From Eledone cirrhosa (Eukaryota), in NCBI GenBank assembly GCA_964016885.1, contig OZ024744.1, positions 61,938,001 to 62,002,000 on the forward strand: DNA of 64,000 nucleotides, read 5' to 3'. Every line of letters starts with the position of its first letter. Positions within the stretch are counted from its first letter, which is position 1. The translations under genes and the position numbers were made by a program. The notes beneath the pieces are model-generated. The model saw only the letters and a list, made by a program, of their open reading frames with translations, did not search any database and was not told the origin of the DNA. Positions 40,517 to 52,445 of the stretch are shown here, one piece after another.

Positions 40517-40725
40517 ACATATATATATATATACATATACATATACATATATATAGATATATACATATATATACACATATATATATATATACATACATAT
40601 ATATATATACATACATATACATACATATATATATACATACATATACATACATATACATACATATATATATATATACATATACATATATATACATATACAT
40701 ATATATACATATACATACATATATA

Positions 40726-40760
<35 letters not shown>

Positions 40761-40820
40761 CATATACATACATATATATATATATACATATACATATATA
40801 TACATATACATACATATATA

Positions 40821-40865
<45 letters not shown>

Positions 40866-40899
40866 CATAAATCTACCGTAAACTCTTGGTAGATTTATC

Positions 40900-40936
<37 letters not shown>

Positions 40937-41050
40937 ATCTACATTCATACATATATATATATATATATCTACATTCATACATATATATATATATATATCT
41001 ACATTCATACATATATATATATATATATCTACATTCATACATATATATAT
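39299..41050. repeat. AT array with ctacattcatac satellite units, interrupted by a LINE 3' UTR copy at 39487-39700
   Basis: Direct reading. Confidence 0.93.
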
Positions 41051-41278
41051 TTCATCATCATCATCACCATTTTACGTCCGCTTTTCCCTGCTTGCAAGGT
41101 TTGGACATGTCCTATTCAGCTCAGCATCTCTCCACTTATCACTTGCACCTCTCTTAATACAATGTCACTGGATCGAGATCTTTGGGCCATGCAGTAATAC
41201 AGAAGACCCACCTCCCCTATGTGCAAAGTTAACCTACATTCATATATATATATCTACATTCATACACATATATAAATA

Positions 41279-41925
41279 TCATCATCATCATTTCACGTCT
41301 GTCTTCCACGCTAGCATGGGTTAGACGGTAGTTGTACCACTTGAGGCAAGGCTGGTCAGGTGACCGTGTCTCGCTCATATAGGACTATCTGGCAGGTTTT
41401 CTACGGCTGGATGCCCTTCCTAACACCAACCATATTTACAGTGTAGAACTGGGAACTTTCTACGGTGTTACCTACACGGCCACATTACAGCGTGGACTGT
41501 GTTTTTTTTTGTCGTAACACCTACACGACCTCATTTGTTTGGACTTGATGTTGTGGTACCAACATAACTTTATAGAGAAAGGGTGGTGTTGGTGGGAGTG
41601 GGAGTAGGGGTAGTCGGTTGGGGTGTATGTTTGGTCTGGAGGAGACTACTGACTGTAGGTTAACTTTGCACATAGGGAAGGTGGGTCTTCTGTATTACTG
41701 TGTGGCGCCAAAGATCTCAATCCAGTGACATATTCTTACAGAGGTGTAAGTGTGCAAGGTCAGTTTTTATCACCTCCTCCCAAGTTTTTCTCAGTCTACC
41801 CACTCCGTAGCTTCCATCAATTTTGATATGTCTGCACTTTTTATACAGCTGTTGTCCTTCGTACGCATCACATGTCCATACCAACGCAGTCTCCTCTCTT
41901 GCACTCATCATTTGATACCTCTCCC
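41279..41925 (-). mobile_element. 5'-truncated RTE-type LINE 3' end (older variant)
   Basis: Minus-strand [29 protein letters not shown], then 3' UTR and tail. A short inverted partner segment lies at ~41135-41240. Confidence 0.85.
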
Positions 41926-42062
41926 TCTATATATATTATATAGATTCATACATATATACACATACATACATGTACATTCATACATTTATACCTATATATA
42001 CATATGTATACACACACACATATATAATATATATATATACACACAGACACACATACATACAT

Positions 42063-42117
<55 letters not shown>

Positions 42118-42436
42118 GACACACACATACACATACACAGACTTAAATTCATCAACTTCACAAGACAATTACTGAAATCAATTAAACAAATAATTAGAGG
42201 GTGGTGCCCCAGCATAGCCATAGTTTAAATACAGAAACCAATTAAACAAATATGTACAGGGTGGTGCCTTAACATGGCCGTAGTTTAAATACTGAAAACA
42301 AACATATGTTCAGGGTGGTAACACTGGTTTTCTTTTTAAATCCACCCTGAAGACAGTTTTTCAAATAATCAGAAAACACTCACACACACACACATATATA
42401 TGTGCGCATGTATTTTGTGTATATTTACATATACAT

Positions 42437-42487
<51 letters not shown>

Positions 42488-42624
42488 TACATACACATAT
42501 ATACACATACATACACATACATGTGTGTGTGATTATACATTTACAAACTTACAAATAAACACACACACAAACACAAGATATACTTACACATACATTTTTT
42601 TAAAGAAATAATGTTTTAACTTAC

Positions 42625-43162
42625 TTTCATTATATAATTTTAAAAACCATGAAGAGCAAGAGCAGCAGCAGCAACAGCAGCAGCAACAAGAGGAAGCATA
42701 ACAAGTTGCCACAGATCACTAACGTATGACAGGACACTTCCCAAAGCTTCTAGCAGTACAGTATAAGAAACGTGTCTTCTTTAAGTTAATGTTGAAAGGA
42801 AATTTTAAAGTAAGGTAAAGTCCTATTACATAAAAAAAACAAAACTACACACGACAAAAACAAACAAAACCCCTCCAAATATGTCTGTGCGAGAATGTCA
42901 CTCTTAGAACAGCAAATAAGTTCTTTACAATTTACACACACTAGTAGAATATAATACAGTACCACTGCTACCACTACCAAATAATACTGCTGCTGCTACA
43001 ACATTTAGTTGCTTACACCCAATACAATCATCACACTTGCTTGTTTGTGTGTGTGTGTGTAAGAGGTCTTGAATTGTACAAATGAGTGAGAGAGGGAGAA
43101 AGAGAGAACTAAGAGAAGAAGAGATTTAGAGAACAAGTGAATAAGCAATTCTTCTGAACTGA
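42625..43162 (-). promoter_or_regulatory. Tentative first exon / 5' UTR of a minus-strand host gene
   Basis: Inr-like TCAGTT at 43162-43157; apparently TE-free UTR-like sequence; ATG AAA at 42630-42625 directly followed by a GTAAGT donor. No downstream exon identified. Confidence 0.22.
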
Positions 43163-43428
43163 ATTGAACAAACACCGCAAGAAGATTCTCCTCTCCCCCC
43201 CATTATGATTAGTTAGTTACAAACACAAAACTATTAGCAGCCACAATAGAAGTATAATGATAAAATAGCAGGGCAACTAACTAATGAAATACTAGGCTGG
43301 TAACTAACTTTTGTACTTCACTAATATATAAATAAATAAACTGTGTATGCGTGTGTGTTTGTTGGGGGAGGAAGGTCCAGCAAAAAAGAAGCAATAGATG
43401 AATGATTAGCAAATATTGAATGTGTATG

Positions 43429-43505
43429 CAGGGTGTCCTCGAAAAATGTATACACATTTATTAGAATGCTGTTGAAATGTGTATACATTTGTTTGGGACA
43501 ACCTG
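43429..43505. mobile_element. Very short Tc1/mariner-type MITE
   Basis: cagggtgtcctcgaaaaatgtatacacattt / aaatgtgtatacatttgtttgggacaacctg; degraded relative at ~54825-54915. Confidence 0.7.
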
Positions 43506-44059
43506 TGTGCGCTTGTGTATCGAGAGGGGGAGGGGGCTAAGCTATAAATAGCTTACAAAATCAGGTAAAGACACCTAATCTGAATGGCTAGAGCACATTG
43601 CCGGGATCTAAGAGATATGAAGTTCGATTTCTTGTAGTGGCTGCTGACAACTTTTTTTCCATTTATAAAGGGCCTTTACCCTATCTTCTAAGCTTTTTAT
43701 AGCAACCGACTGTATTTACTGTTATTTTCTGCATCCAACGATTGCTACATTTTCTATGAACTTCATAATCAGTTTGAACTTTGCGTACAATGTTTATATA
43801 CAGCTATAGCTTTAGTTAAACTAAATGTATAATAACGTTGACAACAAACTGCTTTATGTTTGATTATTATTTAATTAGTAATGAACATTGACAGAGGTAA
43901 GAAAGAAAAATCTACCTCAGAAGTTCTGTCATATTGCAATGTTAACTGGAAAATATTCTGCTCACCAGTTCAATACCAAGTCTGTAGTAAATGAACACAA
44001 TAGTTTGTCCTCTACAAGCTCGCAGGCAATACTCTACATAACTCTCCCTCAGAACTTGA

Positions 44060-44450
44060 TTGTTATTGGACCGATAAGGTGTTTTTACCACCTGTCCAGT
44101 GTGTCTAGTTATTTGGTTCTTTAGCAACTGTTCATTGTTGGGGCTCAATGTGACTTGCCTAGTACAGCCTCTGTTTGATGGATGCACTACTTGAATGGAG
44201 CAGGCTGGCTTCAATCTATCAATGGAAATGGTGTCCTGTCATCCTCCAATCAGGAGTTGAAATGATTAGGTTTTGGTTCATTGCCTAATTTGCTTGGCCA
44301 TACCGTACCAGTTAAATTTGCATGACATCAGGTTCCGTGTGATTCTGGTACCAGGATCAGAGAGTGAACCCATCAAAAGAATGTTCACCCTTAGGCTAAT
44401 GGAACAACTGATTGTGGTTTCCTGATGGATATGTCACAAAGGAGGGTGAA
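44060..44450 (-). mobile_element. Highly degenerate Gypsy integrase C-terminal remnant
   Basis: Minus strand encodes DTISIDRLKPAC, matching the VSIDRLKPA motif that follows the GPY/F module of Ty3/gypsy integrases. Confidence 0.45.
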
Positions 44451-44607
44451 ACCAATTTTATTAGATTTCATAAGGATGGCTGGAAAAAGATTTATTGACT
44501 CGGCATCAATTAGATCTTAGGGCATATACTTTAGTTTTCAATTTTCTTGAAATTGGGGTAGGGACAGTTTAAAATTGTCAGACTTTTAATATTTGTCCTA
44601 AATGAAA

Positions 44608-44795
44608 TAATTGTTTCTACTTTTGGCACAAGGCCAGCAATTATCCCAGTGTATTACTGGTACTATATTTTATCGACCCCGTAAGGATGAAAGGTAAAGT
44701 TAACCTCGGTGGGATTTGAACTCAGACCGTAAAGGGCCGTAACTCTTTGCTGAAAAGCATGGCGTCCGACCCTCTACAGATACTGCCAATCCACT
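44608..44795 (-). mobile_element. SINE family A
   Basis: Reverse complement of the consensus. Older relatives lie at ~46715-46865 and ~46025-46200. Confidence 0.9.
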
Positions 44796-47529
44796 GTAAT
44801 AATACCCTGAAGTTATGATTGATGGTTTCACAACAATTCTCCTAAAACATTAAGAAGCTTTTAGCCAATCTATAATTTTACAAAGTTCTTTTGTTAATAG
44901 TAAGCTGCATACATCCTTACTAAAATAAATAGATAAATAAATAAAATAAAACAAACAATGAGAGAAGGCATGTATAAACTAACAATAAGTGAGGAAGTAA
45001 AGCTGATGTTAAAAATGACAGACCCATCTTTATGATATCACATATAAATATGGCCATGGATTGATGTGGTTCTTTAACACATCTAGACCTAACCAACCCA
45101 CGCCAGCATGGAAAACAGACATATGATGATAACGACGATGATGATGATGAAATGTTTCTCAATGATAACTTTGCTCCAGTTATTGACTAAAGAAGGAAGT
45201 ATAAATAATTTTTCTGTATACTTAATTATCTCTATTTTTACTTTATGCTAAGCAGATTTGTATAATTACCACTTTTTAATCAATTTCGAATTTAAGTACA
45301 AAATGCACCAAAATATCTTTACTTGTTCTACAGTGTGCCATAAGTAAAAGAATGTTTGGGAACCACAGGGCTACGATCTAAGAAGAAAATATATTGCTAT
45401 GTAATACATTGAGTATAGTTTTCGTCCAAGTAGAAGTTCCAACACACAGCTACAGCATGTTGAAACAGATGGTCAATCACTCAGAGGTAGATATGATGTA
45501 CCAGACTGAGAGAGTGAAAGCTTACAACAAAGTTTATCATAGCTTCAAATGTCAGAAGCTATGGATCTTGGCATAGTTTGGAATCTAGGAGTGTGGTGGT
45601 CATATGACATTTAAGAGAAAGACAAATTGTTGAAATTATAGACAACTGTAGGATTTGACCGGGACAAAAAAATAAATGATAATAGTCTATCATTATCCAC
45701 AATAAAATGTACATGATATCTGGCTTTTTTTTCCAAATAAAAAGCAATAATACACAGAAAAGGTGAAGCACTATATGGAGTGACACTTCTGCTACAAGAA
45801 AACCAGGATTACATTAACTGGCTCTGCCACTCTCGTGTACAATGAATAGTATGCATTGACTTTCAACTGGTCAGCATCCTGAATAACCACAGTCGCAGCC
45901 ATCATCAGCCTCGTTTAACCACAGTCTCAGACAGCCACAATTCTTTTCTATTCATTGCAGCTTCCATAGTCAAGATAGTCAGAGAGAGAACAAGTGAGTG
46001 AGCATGTTTCAACCCTTGCAGAAGAAGATTGGATTTGAACTCAGAATGGATAAAGCTGATCAGATACTGCTTAGCATCCCATTGACTAACAATTCTGCCT
46101 ACCCACCACCCCTGGACTGGTACTTTATCCTGTGGCAGGATTTGATCTCAGGGTGTAGAGAACCAGAACAAATACCACAAGAATTCAATCCTACACTCAA
46201 ATGACTGCTGATTCCCTGCTAGTAAGCTCTCCAAACAATGACTGTCAACATCCAAGTCTTAACGTCTCTTGTACCACATAAAACTGCATTGGCAAGGCCT
46301 TTACGAAAAGTACAAAAACGAGTACCCACCAACACAGCGTTTACTAAAGTTTTCACAATGTTATGTCTACTAGTAAAGATGCTATAAACATTTGAATTGA
46401 ATTACTAAACTGCATAAAACTACATTAATTTTTGTTATACAGTCATAGTGTTGTTTTGTACTATTCTTGTTAAAGTTGCAACTTCAATACTACACATTTT
46501 CTCAATCTGCCCACCAGTAATGATACTATAAACATTTGAATTAAACTTTTTTTTTAGACATTTCTTGCTAAATCATTGTATGTATAGTCCCATAACTCCT
46601 GATAAAGTTGGAGGGGTGCCCAATTTGACAGCGTTTCTTGGGCATTTTAAGCCTGACAGAGCCCATCCCTTTCTAGGCCTGAGTATAGCAGATTTCTTCC
46701 AGAGAGAGGAAGAATTAACCCCAGTACTAGACTGGTACCTTTTTTATCAACCTCGAAATGATGAAAAGCAAAGTTGACCTCGGTGGGATTTGAACTCAGA
46801 GAGCACAGAGCCGGAACAAATACCATAAACTATTCTATCTGACGTTCTAATGATTGCCAATATGCCATCTTACGTTAAATCATTACAAAATGTTAAAAGT
46901 TAAAACAGCAGCAACCAAGTGACTTGTTGGTTAGTATGGTTGATGATACAGGCTTGTTTGGATACCGATGTTAAGAAATTTTGTGACGCAGGACATTGTT
47001 GCTTCTTACTGTTGCCATGGAAACTTGTTAAAGTAGACACCAGTGATAATGACAGTTGTGGTATTGGAGCCAGTTGGTCTGAGGTTAAACTTAGCTATTA
47101 ACTCAATGTCCTGCTCCACATGAAACCATATTAGCAAGACACTCTTATAAAATACAAAACAGCACTATGACAGTATCATATTAAACATTGAAGTCTTTAC
47201 TCTAATAAAAGCAATTTTTCACAATGATCTGTACACTAATAAATAACAAAAAAAGTATAAACATTTGAATTAAGAAATCTGTTTTTAGAATTTTTCTACT
47301 AAATCATTACAAGATGTTAAGAGTTAATGAAATAAAACTGTACATCTGTAGGTTTATATTGGCATTACTGGCATATTATAGATATAGCAGCATGTGACAT
47401 ATTCAAGAAAAAATTGATGGTACCCTTCATAAAAATAAAAAAAAATTTTTAAATCAACAAAGCAGAGCATGGCTGTGCAGATAGATCACTTTCCAGTCAT
47501 GTGGTTTGGGGTTCTGTCCCACTCTGTAG

Positions 47530-47808
47530 TGGAGAATGTGGCCTAGTGGTGTGGGTGTTGGACTTACGATCATAATGTTGTGGGTTCAATACCTGGTCTA
47601 TGGACTAGGTTGCAAAAATTTTATTTCCCATTGCTCCAGTATACTCAGCTGAAAATGAGTACCAGCAATAGCTGGAGTTTAACCCTGCGATGGACTGGTA
47701 TCCTGCCCAGGGGAAGCAGGGAGTCTTGTACTGTCAGCCGCTTCACGCCACAAAACCAGGATAAGCACTGACCTAACGAGCCTGAGATGGCTGAAGACAG
47801 ACTTTAGG
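47530..47808 (+). mobile_element. tRNA-derived SINE (family B) nested in an older SINE
   Basis: A box tggcctagtgg, B box ggttcaatacc, cctgcgatggactggtatcctgcccagggg domain. Flanking duplication cccactc(t/c)gt(a/g)g; the host SINE resumes with caccttggacaagtgtct. Confidence 0.78.
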
Positions 47809-49342
47809 CCCACTCCGTGGCACCTTGGACAAGTGTCTACCATTTGGGTATTCCATAGGTATGTGTATCTTTATAATGTAATTCTTAGGAAGATGCATTC
47901 AGTGTATATGTATTCTTTATTTCTAAATATGACAGCTAGGGCCATGCAGAGCACTACATTAAGAACGTAGTTAGAGTATGTGTGTGTATGTGTTCGTGTG
48001 CATATGAATGTGCATGTATGTGTATATAAATATGCAGGAGTGCTTGCCAGAACACTGCATTGTGGATGCAGACTATGTATGTGTGCATGCACACATCTAT
48101 GCAACCCATACAAGTATGGAAAAATGGACTAAATGATGATGATGAAGACACACACACACAAACACACATCTCTTATATTTTTAACCTAGTCATCATCTTT
48201 AGCATAAGTTAATATACATACATGTTATTCATTTACATATCTTAATTGGTAATGAATTAATGAATAAATGAATGAATAAGTGAATGTGTGGTGGTGTTAT
48301 TTAACCACAGGTCAGTTATGTTCAAGCAGATTTATACATTATAATCAAAGCATTCTGGGAGTAATTATCCTAAGTCAAGACAATATATCTTGGATTACAG
48401 TAGCCATTTTGTCCCTTTTGTAAGGTGTTATGGTGTGGTTTGGGAGGAATTTAGCTGCTATTTCTAGCATGCAGTGATTTCACTGGTTCCTGTAGATACA
48501 TAAATATTGTCAAAAGAGTTGCAAACTGGCAGATTATAGTAGGGAGGTGTGTTGGAGTGAGTTGTATGTAGGTTTCAAAGTATAGTATAGTATTAGTTAG
48601 AACAAACTGTTAAGATAATGGAGATGATTTCTTGATTATTTCACAAATGTGTCAGCAAAGATGTGTGATAAACAATATATATATATTTCTAAAAATTCTT
48701 TGTTGAATGTATCATTTTAAAAAAAGTCTTTCTAGCTAGAAAGTATAGAAATAATAAAATAATAGACAATCCATGTTTGTGTTGAATATTTTGTTTAATA
48801 TATTCAGTTGATAACCAACTCGTTAACCAGCCAGCTACTACAACTCTAATAGAGACTGTATTGCCAGCACAGCAATAACTATGATAAAATGTTTTAGACA
48901 ACCAAGAGACACCATCATCATCACCCAAGTCTGTTTTCCATAGAGGAATAGGTTGGATGGGTTGTCATGGTCCAAGACGAGATATGGATGGATAACCATG
49001 TTTTGCACATAAGTTCAATGTTTTTGCATGACTTCTACAGTTGGATGCCATTCCTAACACCAACCACCTTACTGGGTGTATTTTGTCATAGTACTGGCAC
49101 TGAGATTTTGCAGAGTAAACTGAGTTCATTTTATTGTAATAACACTAAAGAGGTTGTCACATGCTGGGTCAGACTGAAGAGTCCTCTCTATCTTATATTG
49201 TCTATGTTCAATTGTCAATCACTTTACAGAGTGTATCTAGTGTGTTTTATTGTCGGACCCAGACTACATAGGTTGTCACAACCTTGACACAAAGAGTCCT
49301 CTAAATTCAAAGATTGGTAAGTTTTCTATGGTTGGATGCCCT

Positions 49343-51782
49343 TATAACGGAATACTCCTATGTTTTACCGGCGAAGATTCAAAACCACATCTGAGCTTTC
49401 TCGCCTCAGGGACAATCTATCGTTGGAGGTTCTCACCATTGTCTTGTCAAGACAACGATGATAAATGTACATTCCACTTGAGCTGTGACCCCAGCTTCTT
49501 GGGCGACAATAACCACATGGTTGATCATAAATCAACCTCTTATATACATCCTTCTAACTTTAGCACTTATAAATACAAGGAGTTAAGGAACCCGAGGGAC
49601 AGACTCAAAGGAACATTCAGCAAGCGAAAGCGATGTAGGCACTAGCAGACCTTTCACTATCTTTCTCCTGGCCCTTACTAACCACCGACACAGCCAGGCA
49701 TGAAGTAGCATCCTTGAGAAGAATAATGTATTCTAAGAATAGGCACACATACACACATAGTAAGTTCATATTGTTTACATTATATGCTCATCATATTCTT
49801 CCTGTCATATTGTATCTGCAAGTCACAACACAACTTATACTATGTTGTCTTCTCTGATACATGCATTCACATTAGCTCGTAGCAGCTAACAATTTAATTT
49901 AAGGATATTTCATGTCATAAATAATTGTTTCTACGTTAGGCACAAGGCCAGCAATTACCTAGTGCATTACTGGTACTTTATTTTATTGACCCCGTAAGGA
50001 TGAAAGACAAAGTTAACCTTGGCGGGATTTGAACTCAGAAAGGCAAGGGCCGTAACTCTATATGTCAAAGCATGGCGTTCAACCCTCTACCAATACTGCA
50101 AAGTGAATATTGTTATTAATAAATAAACGAATATTGTTATTAATAAATAAACGTTAATTCAATCATGGCATTATTCTTTTCATCAAACTACCATACAAAG
50201 AATATTACTTATCCGCTACAACTGGTGACCCCGAGAAACGAACACACGGTGACTTGAGATTCGAAACAATAGCCTTCTCACTACAAACGGTGATCTGAGT
50301 CGAAACAACAGCCTTCTCACCACATAATGGTGAATTCGACGCTTACAAATTTTCACTGCTTCACAAAACTTCATGATTCATCGATGTCTCTAACGTCCAA
50401 CATGATTCGAGCTCACAGCCTTCTCACTGCATTATCGTGCGTCAGACGCGACGTGCATAATAATTGTGACTCCAAGCTAAGCATAAATTTCACTTCAACG
50501 CTCGACTTCGATTCTACTGAAGATTTACTGTGACTTCGATGCTCTTCAAAATGGTGCCAAACACATCACTGCTAAAATATCCGAGAAATCGCTATGTTAT
50601 TTTCTTCGATAGCAGCAACAACAACGACAACTCTGTTATCATTCTTACTGGGAAGCTAGTATTCTTATCCCAAAGAAATTTAAAAAAAAAGAACTCAGAC
50701 ACACAAAGAAAAGAAAAACTGAATTTTTTGTTGAAAAACAATTATTTCTTTTTTTTTTACAGGCAATATTTGAACATTCATTTCTTTTAAACTATTATAT
50801 GCCTGCATGCACACATTTTTAAAACTGTATTATATGCCTGCATGCATACACACATTTCTTTGTCACACACCAACATGTTGTTGTCTATAGTGCATGTTCT
50901 TGATTCTTGTGGGTATTCTGCGAGATCGTTTTTCATATGTTCTTCATTCGTGTTAGTATTCTGCGAGATCACTTTTCACCTGGTTGAGGTACCAAAACAT
51001 GGTATCGACACATGCAGCTTAATTCACCTGGGGACACACAGGCCACAACACGAGAATTGCTAATTTCAGCTGGATTCACTCAGCTTCGCATCTCGTTGCA
51101 AACTCATTGTCCTATAGCATAAAAACCTCAATCTTTTCACTTTACCCGACTCCCTGGGAAAGCATTCATGGAACTGGGCATGTCACCAGTTCCCCCCCGT
51201 TTCTCCGACGGACTTGCCAACAACTTCCCCGACTCACTGGGAAAGTATCATACGAATTACACATCGAGAGCAACCCCGCACGCCAAGACATACCTATCTT
51301 AGCCTCACACACACCTTGATCATTCGATCCTTAGCTTTCTCACTAGAAGGTGGTAGTATAACAGAATACTTCTATGTTTTACCGGTGAAGATTCGAAACC
51401 GAATCTGAGCTTTCTCACCTTTGGGACAATCTATCGTTGGAGGTTCTCACCATTATCTTGTCAAGACAGCAATGATAAATGTACATTCCACTTGACCTGT
51501 GACCCCAGCTTCCTGGGAGACCATATCCACATGGCTGATCATAAATCAACCTCATATATCCATCCTTCTAACTTTAGCACTTATTATAAATACAAGGAGT
51601 TAAGGAACCCGAGGGTCAGACTCGAAGCAGCAGTCAGCAAGTGATAGAGATGTAGGCGTCAGTAGACCTTTCACTATCTTTCTTCTGGCCCTTACTGGCT
51701 TCTACCTTCTTGGCCACCGACACAGCCAGGCAGCCAGACATGAAGTAGCATCTTTGAGAAGAAGAATATATTCTAAGAATAG

Positions 51783-51825
<43 letters not shown>

Positions 51826-51885
51826 GTTCATATTGTTTACATTCTATGCTTCAACAATATTGTCTGTCATATTATATCCACTACA
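49343..51885 (+). mobile_element. Non-autonomous LTR retrotransposon (Gypsy-like; LTRs 49343-50220 and 51357-51885)
   Basis: Direct repeats begin tataac and end ctaca; 4-bp TSD ccct; PBS tggtgaccccga at 50223 (complement of the tRNA-Trp 3' end); PPT agaaggtggtag at 51345-51356; no gag/pol ORF inside. Confidence 0.88.
49921..50100 (-). mobile_element. SINE family A (subfamily 2) inside the 5' LTR
   Basis: Diagnostic tacgttagg and ggcaagggccgtaactctat; absent from the 3' LTR. Confidence 0.88.
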
Positions 51886-52231
51886 CCCTTCCTATTACCC
51901 ACCAGAATGTACTGGGTATGTTTTATCATGACACTAGCACTAGAGAAGTTGCCATGTCATCGACATTGAGATATTAACTTAGAAGCTACTAATAGACATG
52001 GGAAACTATTCAAAAACAAACCAAATTATCTCTTTTTATAATAACTTAACTCAAGGAAGACAAGTTTCCATGGCTTTTGCAAGACTTTCCAGTCCTGTGA
52101 GGACAATGCAATCAATGTAGCGGTGCAGGAGGATATCTTTAACTCTTAATATCAACCTGCCTAAGGTTCCATAATACAAAACTGTCAATTTTAAAGTGGT
52201 CATATCTAAATTAAGATCTTATAATAGCTGA

Positions 52232-52445
52232 TAAAATAGGGTAAAGACCATTAAAAGATAGAAAAAGAAGTTGCCATGAGCCACTATGATGAATTGAGCT
52301 CCATATCTCCCTGATACTGGCTAGGCGCTTTTAATCAGGGACCTTGACAACTCTTTAACGTCTTTGGAGACATGGGGTTCAATTCCTGATGGTGACTAAT
52401 GGCAACATCTTTTTCTATCTTTTAAGGGTCTTTACCCTATTTTAT
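52232..52445. mobile_element. Palindromic MITE-like element with tRNA B-box-like arms
   Basis: aaaatagggtaaagaccattaaaagatagaaaaagaagttgccat / atggcaacatctttttctatcttttaagggtctttaccctatttt; related to 43557-43690. Confidence 0.7.

Noticed and set aside
42648-42728. Plus-strand mini-ORF MKSKSSSSNSSSNKRKHNKLPQITNV with a possible GT donor
   Set aside because: Largely a CAG/CAA repeat; no recognisable homology or partner exon.
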